This document shows, one piece after another, positions 47,995 to 57,602 of a DNA stretch of 64,000 nt (the stretch's first letter is position 1; each line of letters starts with the position of its first letter). Source of the stretch: Patescibacteria group bacterium (GTDB taxonomy: Bacteria; Patescibacteriota; Patescibacteriia; UBA2591; JAQUPP01); assembly GCA_028716665.1 (NCBI GenBank), contig JAQUPP010000002.1, positions 203,717-267,716 of the forward strand. The letters are read 5' to 3'. Position numbers and translations under genes: made by a program. Under the pieces are notes generated by a model that saw only the letters and a program-made list of their open reading frames with translations, was not told the DNA's origin and made no database searches.

Positions 47995-48187
47995 TATTTC
48001 CTCCTATCTGCGCGGGCAGATTATTTAATTTCAATGAACTTATTTTTAGCTTTTATAAAAAATATTTTAGCGTATTTTTCGGTTTTTGTCAACCCCGTCT
48101 TAATTAACTTGACAAAAATCAAAAAATTTGTTATTTTTACTTTATATAAAGTTCATTAAATTAAAAGAAAAAAAAGGGGGGGGATCT

Positions 48188-48493
48188 ATGGGAAAAAAGA
48201 AAGAAAATAAAATATCTCCGTTGGTGGTTAAGGAATTAGTAAAGAATAGAGAAGAGCTTTACGAAAAAATAAAGAAAGAATTAACACCGGTGATGCTGAA
48301 GGCAATTGGGTGCGCCGAGAAAGCTAAAGGATACAAGGATTATTGGGATCTTTTTAAGGAGTTGGGAATCATTTTTGACCTGAGAATGGACGATTACGAA
48401 AGGATAATCGCAGAACTAGAAAAGGAAGGGGCTATAAAAAAGGGTTGGGCGGCTTGTAGGGGCGGTTTCTTAACAATAAAAAATGATAAATAA
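48188..48493 (+). CDS. Hypothetical small protein (102 aa)
   Basis: Start at the ATG after 'AAAGGGGGGGATCTATG'. Terminator at 48506-48540. Confidence 0.45.
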   Translation: MGKKKENKISPLVVKELVKNREELYEKIKKELTPVMLKAIGCAEKAKGYKDYWDLFKELGIIFDLRMDDYERIIAELEKEGAIKKGWAACRGGFLTIKNDK

Positions 48494-48564
48494 AGATTAA
48501 ATTAAATGGGAGCAAATATATTTGCTCCCATTTTTCTTTTCTCTCTGAGTCCCAGTACCCCTTT

Positions 48565-48900
48565 TTAATTTAAAATATCTAACATTTCCAATAATTCTTG
48601 TTTTATTTCATCCGGCGGTACGGTATTTCTGTCCGGATATTGCTGTTTCAAATCAAAAAGTTTTTGTTTCAAAATTTCCAGTTTTTCTTGAGCAGTATTA
48701 TATTTTTCCAATCCAAGTTCATCTTCAACTTTTTTATCAGACATCATAATTTCAATCGCGAAAACCCGGCTGGTAAAACAGGCGAGCCATGAATTTACTG
48801 TTCTTTGAAATTCTTTTTCGATTCCTTCTGAGGATTTTGAAATAGTATTTTTGATTTCATTAATTCTGTTTTCAGAAGATTGTTTTTCAAAATTTTCCAT
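48565..48900 (-). CDS. Hypothetical helical protein (111 aa)
   Basis: Last gene of the five-gene minus-strand cassette. Confidence 0.45.
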   Translation of the reverse strand: MENFEKQSSENRINEIKNTISKSSEGIEKEFQRTVNSWLACFTSRVFAIEIMMSDKKVEDELGLEKYNTAQEKLEILKQKLFDLKQQYPDRNTVPPDEIKQELLEMLDILN

Positions 48901-48909
48901 ATAATTTTT

Positions 48910-49278
48910 TTAAGAAATTGATGCGAGTCTCATAAGAATATTTTTGTCAATTATTGTATAAGCCCAAAGCGCGGCCGGCAGGGGAGGATCTTTCTGCATC
49001 ATAGGAATTTCAGCGGAGCAGAGATAGGTTAAATTGCGTCTCATTTCGTTTTCGTCAACAGTATCAGGCAGATTAATAATTTCTTTAGTCGCCGAATAAA
49101 GGTCCGGGATGGTCCAGGCGTCTATAATTTTACCAATCGCCGGTTTATATTTATTTTTAAATTCTTCAAATTCTTTGGGATCCGAAGGAATTTGATCGAA
49201 AATAGAAGAATAACCCATGATAATTTGCTTATCGGATTTTTCCGGCGAAAAACTTTTTTCTCTAAATTGCTCGGTCAT
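48910..49278 (-). CDS. Hypothetical protein (122 aa)
   Basis: ORF in the cassette, packed with 2-10 bp gaps. Confidence 0.45.
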   Translation of the reverse strand: MTEQFREKSFSPEKSDKQIIMGYSSIFDQIPSDPKEFEEFKNKYKPAIGKIIDAWTIPDLYSATKEIINLPDTVDENEMRRNLTYLCSAEIPMMQKDPPLPAALWAYTIIDKNILMRLASIS

Positions 49279-49279
49279 A

Positions 49280-50122
49280 TTATTTTTTTGTTAAAACTAA
49301 AATTTCTTGGTTCATTGATTCGTTGCCTTGATTGTCTTGTTTGACAAAATCTTTCCAATCACCAAGAAAAATGTCAAAACCCGAAGATTCGGCAAGTTGT
49401 TTAATTTTTTCCGCAGAGTAAAAATATTTTACTGTTTCCGCTCCTTCCAAATAACCGGAATTAGGATCGCCCGACACTTTGAAAAATTTGACTGTAAAAT
49501 TATCTCCGTCTTTTAATATCCTGATTTCATTGTCGGGAAATTGTTCGCCGTTATATAAAAAGCGTGCGTTTGTTGAATAACTTTTTAATTCCGGACTTGA
49601 ACTGCCGATCGTGGCGATAAGCTTGCCGCCATTTTTTAATTTCAGCGCAAGCAGTTTGAATAATTCATTAAGATTATTTAGGTGATCAATTGTGTATTTC
49701 ATCAAAGCCAGATCAAGTTTTTCATTCTCAAGGCCTTGTAAATATTCTAATATTTCGCTTTTGACAAACGATATAACTTCTTTTCGATTCTGATATTTTT
49801 CGTCAGAAATATATTTCCCCGCCAATTCAAGCATATATGGCGAAATGTCCACCCAATCAATATGGCCGCGCGGTTCTTTTAGTAACTTGTTGAAAAATTC
49901 ATGATATCTGTCGGGATGCGCGCCTCCGCCCAATTCAGCAGCGTAAATCGGATCAGGTATATCTTTTATTTCCTGTATAATCGTTCGATCAACGATTTCC
50001 GCGACTTTGAAATTTTTATCGTTTTGCTCAAGCTCGGCGAATTTTTCGGCAATTTCCGGCGAGAAATACATTTCTAATCCTTTGTGATTATTGAAATGAT
50101 TTTTTATTTTTTCTTGATCCAT
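49280..50122 (-). CDS. Putative class-I SAM-dependent methyltransferase
   Basis: Motif I-like 'AAELGGGAHPD', post-I 'WVDISPYML', and 'LKNGGKLIATIG'. The assignment is moderate. Confidence 0.55.
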   Translation of the reverse strand: MDQEKIKNHFNNHKGLEMYFSPEIAEKFAELEQNDKNFKVAEIVDRTIIQEIKDIPDPIYAAELGGGAHPDRYHEFFNKLLKEPRGHIDWVDISPYMLELAGKYISDEKYQNRKEVISFVKSEILEYLQGLENEKLDLALMKYTIDHLNNLNELFKLLALKLKNGGKLIATIGSSSPELKSYSTNARFLYNGEQFPDNEIRILKDGDNFTVKFFKVSGDPNSGYLEGAETVKYFYSAEKIKQLAESSGFDIFLGDWKDFVKQDNQGNESMNQEILVLTKK

Positions 50123-50128
50123 AAAAAA

Positions 50129-50638
50129 TTATAATTTTTTTCCAAAAATATAACGGCCTTCAACTTGATTTTTTTCTAATACTTTGTCAAAAGGATATTT
50201 TTTCAGATCCTCGTCGGATAAAATTTGATAATTATTTTTTTTATAAAAATTTGTGGCCCAGACCGCCTTTTGGTCAGTTTCTAATACCAACACTAATGCG
50301 TTTAATTTTTTCGCGAATTCTTCTATTTTATTCAAGAAAATACTGCCAAAACCTTTCTTCTGATATTTGGGATCAATATATATCATACTTAACCATACGG
50401 TTTGGGGATTTTTTAAACGAAAAGATGAATATCCGATAATAGCGCCGTTCTCATTATAAGCGCACAAATATTCTCTACTTTTTTCTCCCTTTATTAAATT
50501 ATCAATTGATTCGGAAGCGCAATCATATTCTTTGAATTCTTGCGGAGAAAAAATATTGAGATAAATTTGATCGGCATTATTTACCAAATTAACTATTTGA
50601 GGATATTCAGATTTTTGAGGTTTATCAAATTTTATCAT
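50129..50638 (-). CDS. GNAT family N-acetyltransferase
   Basis: 'YQKKGFGSIFLNKIEEFAKK'. Confidence 0.7.
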   Translation of the reverse strand: MIKFDKPQKSEYPQIVNLVNNADQIYLNIFSPQEFKEYDCASESIDNLIKGEKSREYLCAYNENGAIIGYSSFRLKNPQTVWLSMIYIDPKYQKKGFGSIFLNKIEEFAKKLNALVLVLETDQKAVWATNFYKKNNYQILSDEDLKKYPFDKVLEKNQVEGRYIFGKKL

Positions 50639-50647
50639 ATTAATTTT

Positions 50648-50965
50648 TTAAGAATGTTTTTCATTCATTTTATCCCAATCCCAATCTCTTTTCTTGTTTG
50701 AATTTATTTTTTTTAATATTGATTTCTCAACATCTATATTTAAAACACCGCAAAGATGCAGAATGCGCTGAACAGCATCGCCCAATTTTTCTTTAAGACC
50801 GTTTTTGCCGTTAATATTTTTATGGCGATAAGCCTCAAATGCTTCGGAAATTTCCGAATGAATTAAAGCGATTTTTTCCGCCACATTAATTTCTTTTGGT
50901 TTTACGCCAAATCCTTTTTGTTTGGCTTGCTTCATAATTAAGTCTGTTAATTGTTGTATTGTCAT
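50648..50965 (-). CDS. MazG-like all-alpha nucleoside triphosphate pyrophosphohydrolase
   Basis: 'KIALIHSEISEAFEAYRHKN...LGDAVQRILHLCGVL' is an EExxE/D metal-binding helix pair. About 105 aa. Confidence 0.6.
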   Translation of the reverse strand: MTIQQLTDLIMKQAKQKGFGVKPKEINVAEKIALIHSEISEAFEAYRHKNINGKNGLKEKLGDAVQRILHLCGVLNIDVEKSILKKINSNKKRDWDWDKMNEKHS

Positions 50966-51058
50966 AAAAGTATTTTAATAAATTTTGTGCCAAATTATTG
51001 ACTTTAGCTCTTAATTATAGTAAAATTATAGCATAATTAAGGCTTTCGTAAAGAATCT

Positions 51059-52201
51059 ATGAATATCGCTCATATTGTTTCAACATTTCCTCCTTATTTC
51101 GGCGGAATGGGTAATACCTGTTATTCCCAGGTTAAAGAATTCGCAAAAAGGGGACATAATGTTTTAGTTTTAACGCCAAGATACGGAGGTAAGAAATTAC
51201 CAGCTCAAAGTCCTGATTTTCGGGTTATTTATTTAAAACCGTTTTTAAAATTCGGAAATGCCGCCATGGTGCCGCAAGTTACTTGGCATCTGAAAGATTT
51301 TGACATTATTCATCTTCATTGGCCGTTTATCGGGGCTGAATTTATTATTTTCGCCAAACTTTGCGGTTTGATCAAGAAATCGTTGGTTGTTCAATATCAA
51401 ATGGATTTGGTTGATCGCGGCTGGCGCGGAATATTTTTTAAACTTTACAGTTTAATTTTTATTCCTTTATTGGCCAGAGCGGCGGACAAAATTTTAGTTT
51501 CTTCGTTTGATTACGCCCATTATTCCCATATCAGACGATATGTTGATCGTTTTGAAAAAAAATTTATTGCCGTGCCGCTGGGAGTGGACACCAGCAAATT
51601 TTATCTTCAACCCAAAGACGAAGAATTATTGAAAAAATATAATTTGTCTTATCGCGAGAAAATTGTTTTATTTGTCGGCGGACTGGATCGGGCGCATTAT
51701 TTCAAGGGGATTGATGTTTTAATCAAGGCCATCGCTGATATAAATTGCAAATTGATTATTGTCGGCGAAGGCGATTTGAAACCGAAATATCAAGCGCTGA
51801 CCAATAATTTAAATATAAAAGAAAAAGTTATTTTTGCCGGCCATGTTTCAGATGAAGATTTGCCTAAATATTATAACTTGGCCGATGTTTGCGTTTTGCC
51901 GTCAATCGGCCGTTCCGAGGCATTTGGTTTGGTCTTGGTTGAAGCCATGGCTTGCGCCAAGCCGATTATTGTTTCCGATTTGCCCGGACCGAGAACCTTG
52001 GTTCAAAATAACGGCTTTAAAGTTAAAATTCGTGACGTTAATGATTTAAGGCAAAAAATATCTTTAATTTTGGAAGATCAAGTTTTAGCCAATCAACTCG
52101 GCGCTCAAAGTTTTAAATTGGTGAAAGAACAATATAATTGGCCGACCTCGGTTCAAAAATTAGAACAAATTTACCATGAAGAAATTGTTTTTAAAAATTA
52201 G
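51059..52201 (+). CDS. Family-1 (GT4) glycosyltransferase
   Basis: 'GGLDRAHYFKGIDVLIKA' and 'EAFGLVLVEAMACAKPIIVSD'. Confidence 0.85.
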   Translation: MNIAHIVSTFPPYFGGMGNTCYSQVKEFAKRGHNVLVLTPRYGGKKLPAQSPDFRVIYLKPFLKFGNAAMVPQVTWHLKDFDIIHLHWPFIGAEFIIFAKLCGLIKKSLVVQYQMDLVDRGWRGIFFKLYSLIFIPLLARAADKILVSSFDYAHYSHIRRYVDRFEKKFIAVPLGVDTSKFYLQPKDEELLKKYNLSYREKIVLFVGGLDRAHYFKGIDVLIKAIADINCKLIIVGEGDLKPKYQALTNNLNIKEKVIFAGHVSDEDLPKYYNLADVCVLPSIGRSEAFGLVLVEAMACAKPIIVSDLPGPRTLVQNNGFKVKIRDVNDLRQKISLILEDQVLANQLGAQSFKLVKEQYNWPTSVQKLEQIYHEEIVFKN

Positions 52202-54458
52202 AGAAGACAAAAATTTTGTTTTTACGTTAATTGCGATACTCTGCGCAGTCGGTTGGTTTTTAAATTTTCAGTTTTGGCACATTTCGGGATTTTATTTATT
52301 GTTTTCTGTTTTTTATTTTCTAATCAATTCCGTTTGGTTGGGGAAAATTTTAGCGCGTTTTGGTTTTGAAAAAGAGTTTCAATTTATTTTCGGATTATTT
52401 TTGTTGTTTTTTTTAATCGCTTTCGGCATGGCCGTGCCGATTGTTCTTTATAAAATAACGCCGATTTATTTGGCGTTATTATTGATTTTACTGACAATTA
52501 TCATTTCTTTATCAAGCCGTTTGAAAAGAAAAGGGGAGGACGAAGAAATGGAAAAAGAATTGGTACTGGTTGAAAATAAAGAAAAAATTAAAATTCCAAA
52601 ATTTGTTTATGGTTTATTCGGCCTTGCTTATATTTTTTGCTGGTTTTTACTTTTCAGGGCGAGAACAGGGGCTGATATCCGTTCGCCGTGGACAGTAATT
52701 CATCCTTTTTATCTTTATGGCTGGCTGTTCATAATTTTTGTCATCGGGCTTTTTATTTTTTCAAAATGCCGTTTAAAGACATTTTTATTTTTCATTATTT
52801 TAACTTCTTTGCTTTTGCATTCTTATTTGTTGATAACATATCAAACCGGTTTTGGCGGCGATAAATGGCGGCATCTTGGCGCTGAACAATGGCTGATGGA
52901 CGGTCATATTTACACGCCGTCTCTCTTTGGCGAACAGATTTCTTACAAGCAATTGGGGCCGATAAAAATTCCCGAAGTTTTGATCGCGGGCAATAAAACT
53001 TCTTACGCCAATATGTGGGGGATAACAATCGCTCTTTCTTGGCTGACGAAAATTGATATTTTTTATATTGATCTTTTTTTGGGTTTATTGTTGTTCTCAA
53101 TATTTTTGCCGTTTTTACTTTTGAAAATCGGCAGTTTATTCTCCAAAAAGAAAGAATTTTTGTGCTTGTTGGTTTTATCGCCGGTTTTATTTTTTCCTTT
53201 TCAAATTTACGGCAGTATTACTGTGCCGCAGGCTTTCGGCTTTCTGCCATTTTTATTTTCTCTGATTTTTCTTTTGGAATATTTCATGGATAAATTTTCT
53301 TTTCGCCAGCTGCTCAAAAGACTGGTTTTTTTAATTCCATTTTTATATTTTAATTACGTTCTTTATTTGGTTGTTTTCGTGGAAATATTTATTTTAGTAT
53401 TTTTGCTTAAGAATTTTTATAAATTCAAACGCGGCAAAATGATTTGGCTGGCCCTGATTTTTATTTGTTTTTTGGCCTTAGTGTTTTTAATTCCCTTGCT
53501 TGATACGAATAATCAATATTCATCTTTTAAAAAGAATTTAACTTCAACTGATTTTAAAAGCGCTTTGATAAATTTTCCGATTAGAATTTTAACTTCAGAC
53601 GCCATCTTTCCGCGTCTTTATCGGATGGAACAGGATAATTGGCTTTATTCACAGACGGGCGAATATCTTTCCAGGGCAACTCTGTTGAAGGCCTTGCCTT
53701 GGCATTTGATACTTACGCCGATAATTTTATTTTTAATAATTTTGGGAATTATTAATTATCGTAAATTATTTCAACCGAAAATCGGACATCTTTTTGTTTT
53801 AGTTTTGGTTATTTTTTTGCTGAACCAATTTATCAGTTCTTATTTCATGGAGGGCAATCATATTTTTTCCAAGCGATTGGTGATTTTAACTTCTTTCTTG
53901 ATGATGATTCCGTTGGCATGGGGGATTTATTGTTTAACCGAATATTCCAAATCTGTTTTTTCGCGCAAAGTTATAATTTTTGCTTTGATAATTATAATCG
54001 GTTTAACCTCCACTACCGTTTATGCTTCCGGACCGAAGTCTCAAACCGTTTCTTCGGATGAATTGGCGGCCGCCAAATATGTTTGGGGAAAAATCAATTC
54101 AGGTGAATTGGCGAATAAACACTGCGTTTTAGCCAATACTTGGCCACTTTTGGCCTTAGAGGCGGCTTCGGGAAAACAAATCGTTACGGGCGGATTTCCT
54201 TATTATATTGAATATCGCCAGCCCGAAAGAGTTCAATTGTTTGACAACATGAATACTGCTCCGTCAATTCGTTATATTGAAAAAGCCATGGAAGTAACCG
54301 GCGCAAATCAGTGTTATTTTATGACTGAAGGAAGATGGATGTTGTTTAATCGCAAAGATCAAATTATTAATCAGCTTGATTCCATATTGGGTAATCATCA
54401 AAATATCGGACAGGTGATGATTTGGTTGTATCAGCCCAATATAGTCAATAGTTATTAG
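52176..54458 (+). CDS. Large polytopic membrane protein (at least 12 TM helices plus a C-terminal soluble domain), possibly a GT-C-type glycosyltransferase
   Basis: Hydrophobicity pattern. Overlaps the GT4 gene by 26 nt. The GT-C assignment is my inference. Confidence 0.65.
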   Translation: MKKLFLKIREDKNFVFTLIAILCAVGWFLNFQFWHISGFYLLFSVFYFLINSVWLGKILARFGFEKEFQFIFGLFLLFFLIAFGMAVPIVLYKITPIYLALLLILLTIIISLSSRLKRKGEDEEMEKELVLVENKEKIKIPKFVYGLFGLAYIFCWFLLFRARTGADIRSPWTVIHPFYLYGWLFIIFVIGLFIFSKCRLKTFLFFIILTSLLLHSYLLITYQTGFGGDKWRHLGAEQWLMDGHIYTPSLFGEQISYKQLGPIKIPEVLIAGNKTSYANMWGITIALSWLTKIDIFYIDLFLGLLLFSIFLPFLLLKIGSLFSKKKEFLCLLVLSPVLFFPFQIYGSITVPQAFGFLPFLFSLIFLLEYFMDKFSFRQLLKRLVFLIPFLYFNYVLYLVVFVEIFILVFLLKNFYKFKRGKMIWLALIFICFLALVFLIPLLDTNNQYSSFKKNLTSTDFKSALINFPIRILTSDAIFPRLYRMEQDNWLYSQTGEYLSRATLLKALPWHLILTPIILFLIILGIINYRKLFQPKIGHLFVLVLVIFLLNQFISSYFMEGNHIFSKRLVILTSFLMMIPLAWGIYCLTEYSKSVFSRKVIIFALIIIIGLTSTTVYASGPKSQTVSSDELAAAKYVWGKINSGELANKHCVLANTWPLLALEAASGKQIVTGGFPYYIEYRQPERVQLFDNMNTAPSIRYIEKAMEVTGANQCYFMTEGRWMLFNRKDQIINQLDSILGNHQNIGQVMIWLYQPNIVNSY

Positions 54459-54459
54459 T

Positions 54460-54545
54460 TGGTGGTTTTAGTTTATGGTTTTCAGTTTAACACTTAACCG
54501 AACAACCATAACTATCAACCAAAAACTATAAACCATTAAATGGTT
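54460..54545. repeat. Intergenic repeat family 2, copy 1 ('..ggttttagtttatggtt..caaccataactatcaaccaaaaactataaaccattaaatgg')
   Basis: About 75% identical to 62650-62728. It has internal inverted symmetry, and both copies abut the downstream start codon. Confidence 0.65.
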
Positions 54546-54547
54546 AT

Positions 54548-55165
54548 ATGAAAATTATTTTAAAAATTTATACTATTTTATTAATCATCGGCGTGCTTTT
54601 CTTTTTTGGTTGGCTGGTTTATAAAAATTTGGTAGTTACGGGAAAACTTTTTTTGGTCAATGATTTTTGCAATGAGTCTCAGGTTGTTTCCAATCTTTAT
54701 CCGGAAAATAGGGTAGGGGGCGTGGAAAAAGAAAATGATATTTGTTCTCAGCGCATTTTTACCGAACCGGTTTATTTTAAAGTGAAAATTTCACGAACTT
54801 TTTCCAAAGCGAAAATTAAAGTTGTCTATGAAGATGAAGGACAATCGCTTGTTCAACTTGGCCTGATGAAAAGAAAAATAACTCCTCTTGATTGGCGATT
54901 TGATTTACAATCAACCGAAGATCAAATTATTAATCATATTTCAAAAGATAATTTGGAAGAGCAGAGCGCGGAATTTTCTGTCAGCTTGGACGATATCACG
55001 GATCATTCTCTGGAATTCATTATTTCCGTGCCCGGTTTGACTGACGGCCGCCATCAAATAAAAATCAGAAGAATAGAAGTTGAACTGAGCCGATCAACTC
55101 AAGATTGGAAAACTATTTTTGCGGACTTGAAAAATTATTTGCTTAGAAAAATAAATAAATTTTAA
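54548..55165 (+). CDS. Membrane-anchored hypothetical protein
   Basis: N-terminal TM helix. Confidence 0.5.
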   Translation: MKIILKIYTILLIIGVLFFFGWLVYKNLVVTGKLFLVNDFCNESQVVSNLYPENRVGGVEKENDICSQRIFTEPVYFKVKISRTFSKAKIKVVYEDEGQSLVQLGLMKRKITPLDWRFDLQSTEDQIINHISKDNLEEQSAEFSVSLDDITDHSLEFIISVPGLTDGRHQIKIRRIEVELSRSTQDWKTIFADLKNYLLRKINKF

Positions 55166-55166
55166 A

Positions 55167-55382
55167 ATGAATATATTATTTAAAAAAATTGCCGGGATTG
55201 CTTATTATTTTTTGCGTAATACTTTTATAATCGTGGGTATATGTTTTTTGTTGCTTATAATTGCCGAAGATCTTCAGCCGGGTTTTTTCTCATTTTGGTT
55301 TGATATAAAAGGCCTGACTATCGGAGTAATAGCCAGCGGCATTTTGGCTCTGTTTTCTTCTAAATTTGTTAATCAATCTTAA
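55167..55382 (+). CDS. Small membrane protein (71 aa)
   Basis: Two hydrophobic helices. Confidence 0.4.
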   Translation: MNILFKKIAGIAYYFLRNTFIIVGICFLLLIIAEDLQPGFFSFWFDIKGLTIGVIASGILALFSSKFVNQS

Positions 55383-55422
55383 TTTTGACATTTTAAGGAT
55401 AATAATTTATACTTATACTATT

Positions 55423-56457
55423 ATGAATACCTTACTCATTGTTTTAATCGTAGTTTTTATCGGCGGATTCATCGGCCTGGCTGTTTTTTTGAACAAGCGT
55501 TTCGGAACAGGGAAGGGCGATCAGAGTTTTTTATTGATTCAAAACCAGATTAATGAATTGAATAAAACCATAGATAATAAGCTTGGCCAGTCAAATCAGA
55601 TATTGCAGCAGCAATTCAGCCAAAGCGCTCAAATTATCAGAGAGGTTACTGAGCATTTGACCAAATTGGACGAGACCAATAAGCAGGTTATAAATTTTAC
55701 CGAACAATTGCAGAGCCTGCAGGATATTTTAAAAAATCCGAAACAAAGAGGAATTCTCGGTGAATATTATTTGGAAACGCTTTTGAAAAATATTTTGCCG
55801 CCCGACACTTATAAAATGCAATATAAATTTTTGGACGGGGAAATTGTTGACGCAGTCGTATTTGTGGGAAATAAAATAATTCCGGTTGATTCAAAATTCA
55901 GTTTGGAAAATTATAATCGTATTATTGAAGAAAAAAATCAAGCGGAAAAAGATAAGCTGGAAAAACAATTTGTCAGTGATCTGAAACAAAGAGTCACGGA
56001 AACAGCGAAATATATTCGGCCGAACGAAAATACGATGGATTTCGCTTTTATGTTCATTCCTCACGAGGCGATTTATTATGATCTCTTGATTAATAAAATC
56101 GGCAGCATAACAGGGGATACAGAAAGTATTATTCAGCGGGCAGCCGGCAAATATCACGTGATTATTGTTTCACCGACGAGTTTTCTCGCTTATTTACAAA
56201 CCGTCTTACAAGGTTTGAAAGCGCTTAAAATTGAGGAATCAATTAAAGAAATTATTAAAAATGTCGGCGATGTCGGCAAGCATCTTTTAAGTTATGAAGA
56301 ATATATGAAAAAATTGGGCAATAATCTCGGAACGACAGTTGGCATGTATAATTCCGCATACAAAGAATTTAAAAAAATTGACAAAGATATAACGAAAATT
56401 GCCGGAGGAAAAAGCGGCGTTGACCCGCTTGAACTTGAAAAACCGAGTAATGAATAA
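55423..56457 (+). CDS. rmuC: DNA recombination protein RmuC
   Basis: N-terminal TM helix, a long coiled coil, and the conserved C-terminal RmuC domain 'FMFIPHEAIYYDLL...VIIVSPTSFLAYL'. I placed the start at the internal ATG to avoid overlap with the upstream gene. Confidence 0.8.
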   Translation: MNTLLIVLIVVFIGGFIGLAVFLNKRFGTGKGDQSFLLIQNQINELNKTIDNKLGQSNQILQQQFSQSAQIIREVTEHLTKLDETNKQVINFTEQLQSLQDILKNPKQRGILGEYYLETLLKNILPPDTYKMQYKFLDGEIVDAVVFVGNKIIPVDSKFSLENYNRIIEEKNQAEKDKLEKQFVSDLKQRVTETAKYIRPNENTMDFAFMFIPHEAIYYDLLINKIGSITGDTESIIQRAAGKYHVIIVSPTSFLAYLQTVLQGLKALKIEESIKEIIKNVGDVGKHLLSYEEYMKKLGNNLGTTVGMYNSAYKEFKKIDKDITKIAGGKSGVDPLELEKPSNE

Positions 56458-56460
56458 AAT

Positions 56461-57594
56461 ATGAAAAATAAAAAATTTTTCGAAGCTATTGCTGTTTTAA
56501 TCGGAACAATTGTCGGAGCGGGAATTTTTGGCTTGCCGTATGCTTTTAATAAATCGGGCTTTATGGTGGGCCTTTTTTATTTATTGATTTTAGGCGGAGT
56601 ATTTTTAATAACCAGTTTTTGTTATGGTGAGATAGTCTTGCGCACCAAGGATCAATTGGAAATGTCAGGTTATACCGAACGTTATTTGGGCAAAAAGGGC
56701 AAGATTATAATGACTGTTTCTTTAATATTGGGAATCTATGCCGCCTTAGTGGCTTATATTATCGGCGTCGGTCAATTTTTACAAGCGATTTTAGGGCCGA
56801 TTTTGGGGGGCAGTCAATTTTTTTGGTCTTTGATTTTTTGGGCTTGCGTCAGCTTGATTGTTTTAAAAGGTATCGGCATTGTCAGTAAAATGGAATTATT
56901 AATGACCGGCGGTCTTATTTTTATCGCTTTGTTTATTTTTATTTTCAGTTTTCCTTATATCCATCTTGATAATCTCAAAACATTTCATCCCGCGAATTTA
57001 TTTTTTCCTTACGGCATAGTTTTATTCGCTTTGGGTGGAGCAACCGCTATTCCGACAATGCGCCGTTTGCTTAATGAAAAAACCAAATGGCTTAAACCAA
57101 CGATATTTTTGGGTCATCTTATTCCGATTATCGTTTATATTATTTTTACTTTTGCCGTGATCGGAGTGTGCGGAAAAGATACTTCCGAAACTGCCATTCT
57201 CGGACTGGCTGCCAAAACAAGCAACTTAATACTTCTTGTCTGCGGAATTTTCGGCGTTTTAGCCATAAGCACTTCTTTCTTGTCTTTGAGTTATGTTTTA
57301 AAAGAAGTTTTCCAAAGAGATTATAAAATTCCCGTTTTATCAAGTTGGGGATTAACGGTTTTTATTCCGCTGATTTTATTTTTATTCGGATTAAACAGTT
57401 TTGTGAGTGTCATTGGTTTTTCCGGCGGCATTCTTTCAGGTATTCAAAGTATTATTTTAATAACAATTTTTTACAAAGCGAAAAAAATGGGCGACAGAAC
57501 ACCGGAATATAATTTTAATCTGGCTAAGCCCTTGGCTTGTCTCATTTGTTTGATGTTTGTCGGAGGAATTATTTATCAAATTATTTATCATTAA
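56461..57594 (+). CDS. Amino-acid transporter (APC/HAAAP-type permease, about 11 TM helices)
   Basis: 'AVLIGTIVGAGIFGLPYAF' together with the polytopic topology. Confidence 0.7.
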   Translation: MKNKKFFEAIAVLIGTIVGAGIFGLPYAFNKSGFMVGLFYLLILGGVFLITSFCYGEIVLRTKDQLEMSGYTERYLGKKGKIIMTVSLILGIYAALVAYIIGVGQFLQAILGPILGGSQFFWSLIFWACVSLIVLKGIGIVSKMELLMTGGLIFIALFIFIFSFPYIHLDNLKTFHPANLFFPYGIVLFALGGATAIPTMRRLLNEKTKWLKPTIFLGHLIPIIVYIIFTFAVIGVCGKDTSETAILGLAAKTSNLILLVCGIFGVLAISTSFLSLSYVLKEVFQRDYKIPVLSSWGLTVFIPLILFLFGLNSFVSVIGFSGGILSGIQSIILITIFYKAKKMGDRTPEYNFNLAKPLACLICLMFVGGIIYQIIYH

Positions 57595-57602
57595 TAAACG
57601 AT

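Noticed and set aside
52176-52201. 26-nt overlap between the GT4 gene and the large membrane protein gene as a possible frameshift or pseudogene.
   Set aside because: Both reading frames are long and intact with sensible motifs. An overlapping start in a compact genome is more parsimonious.
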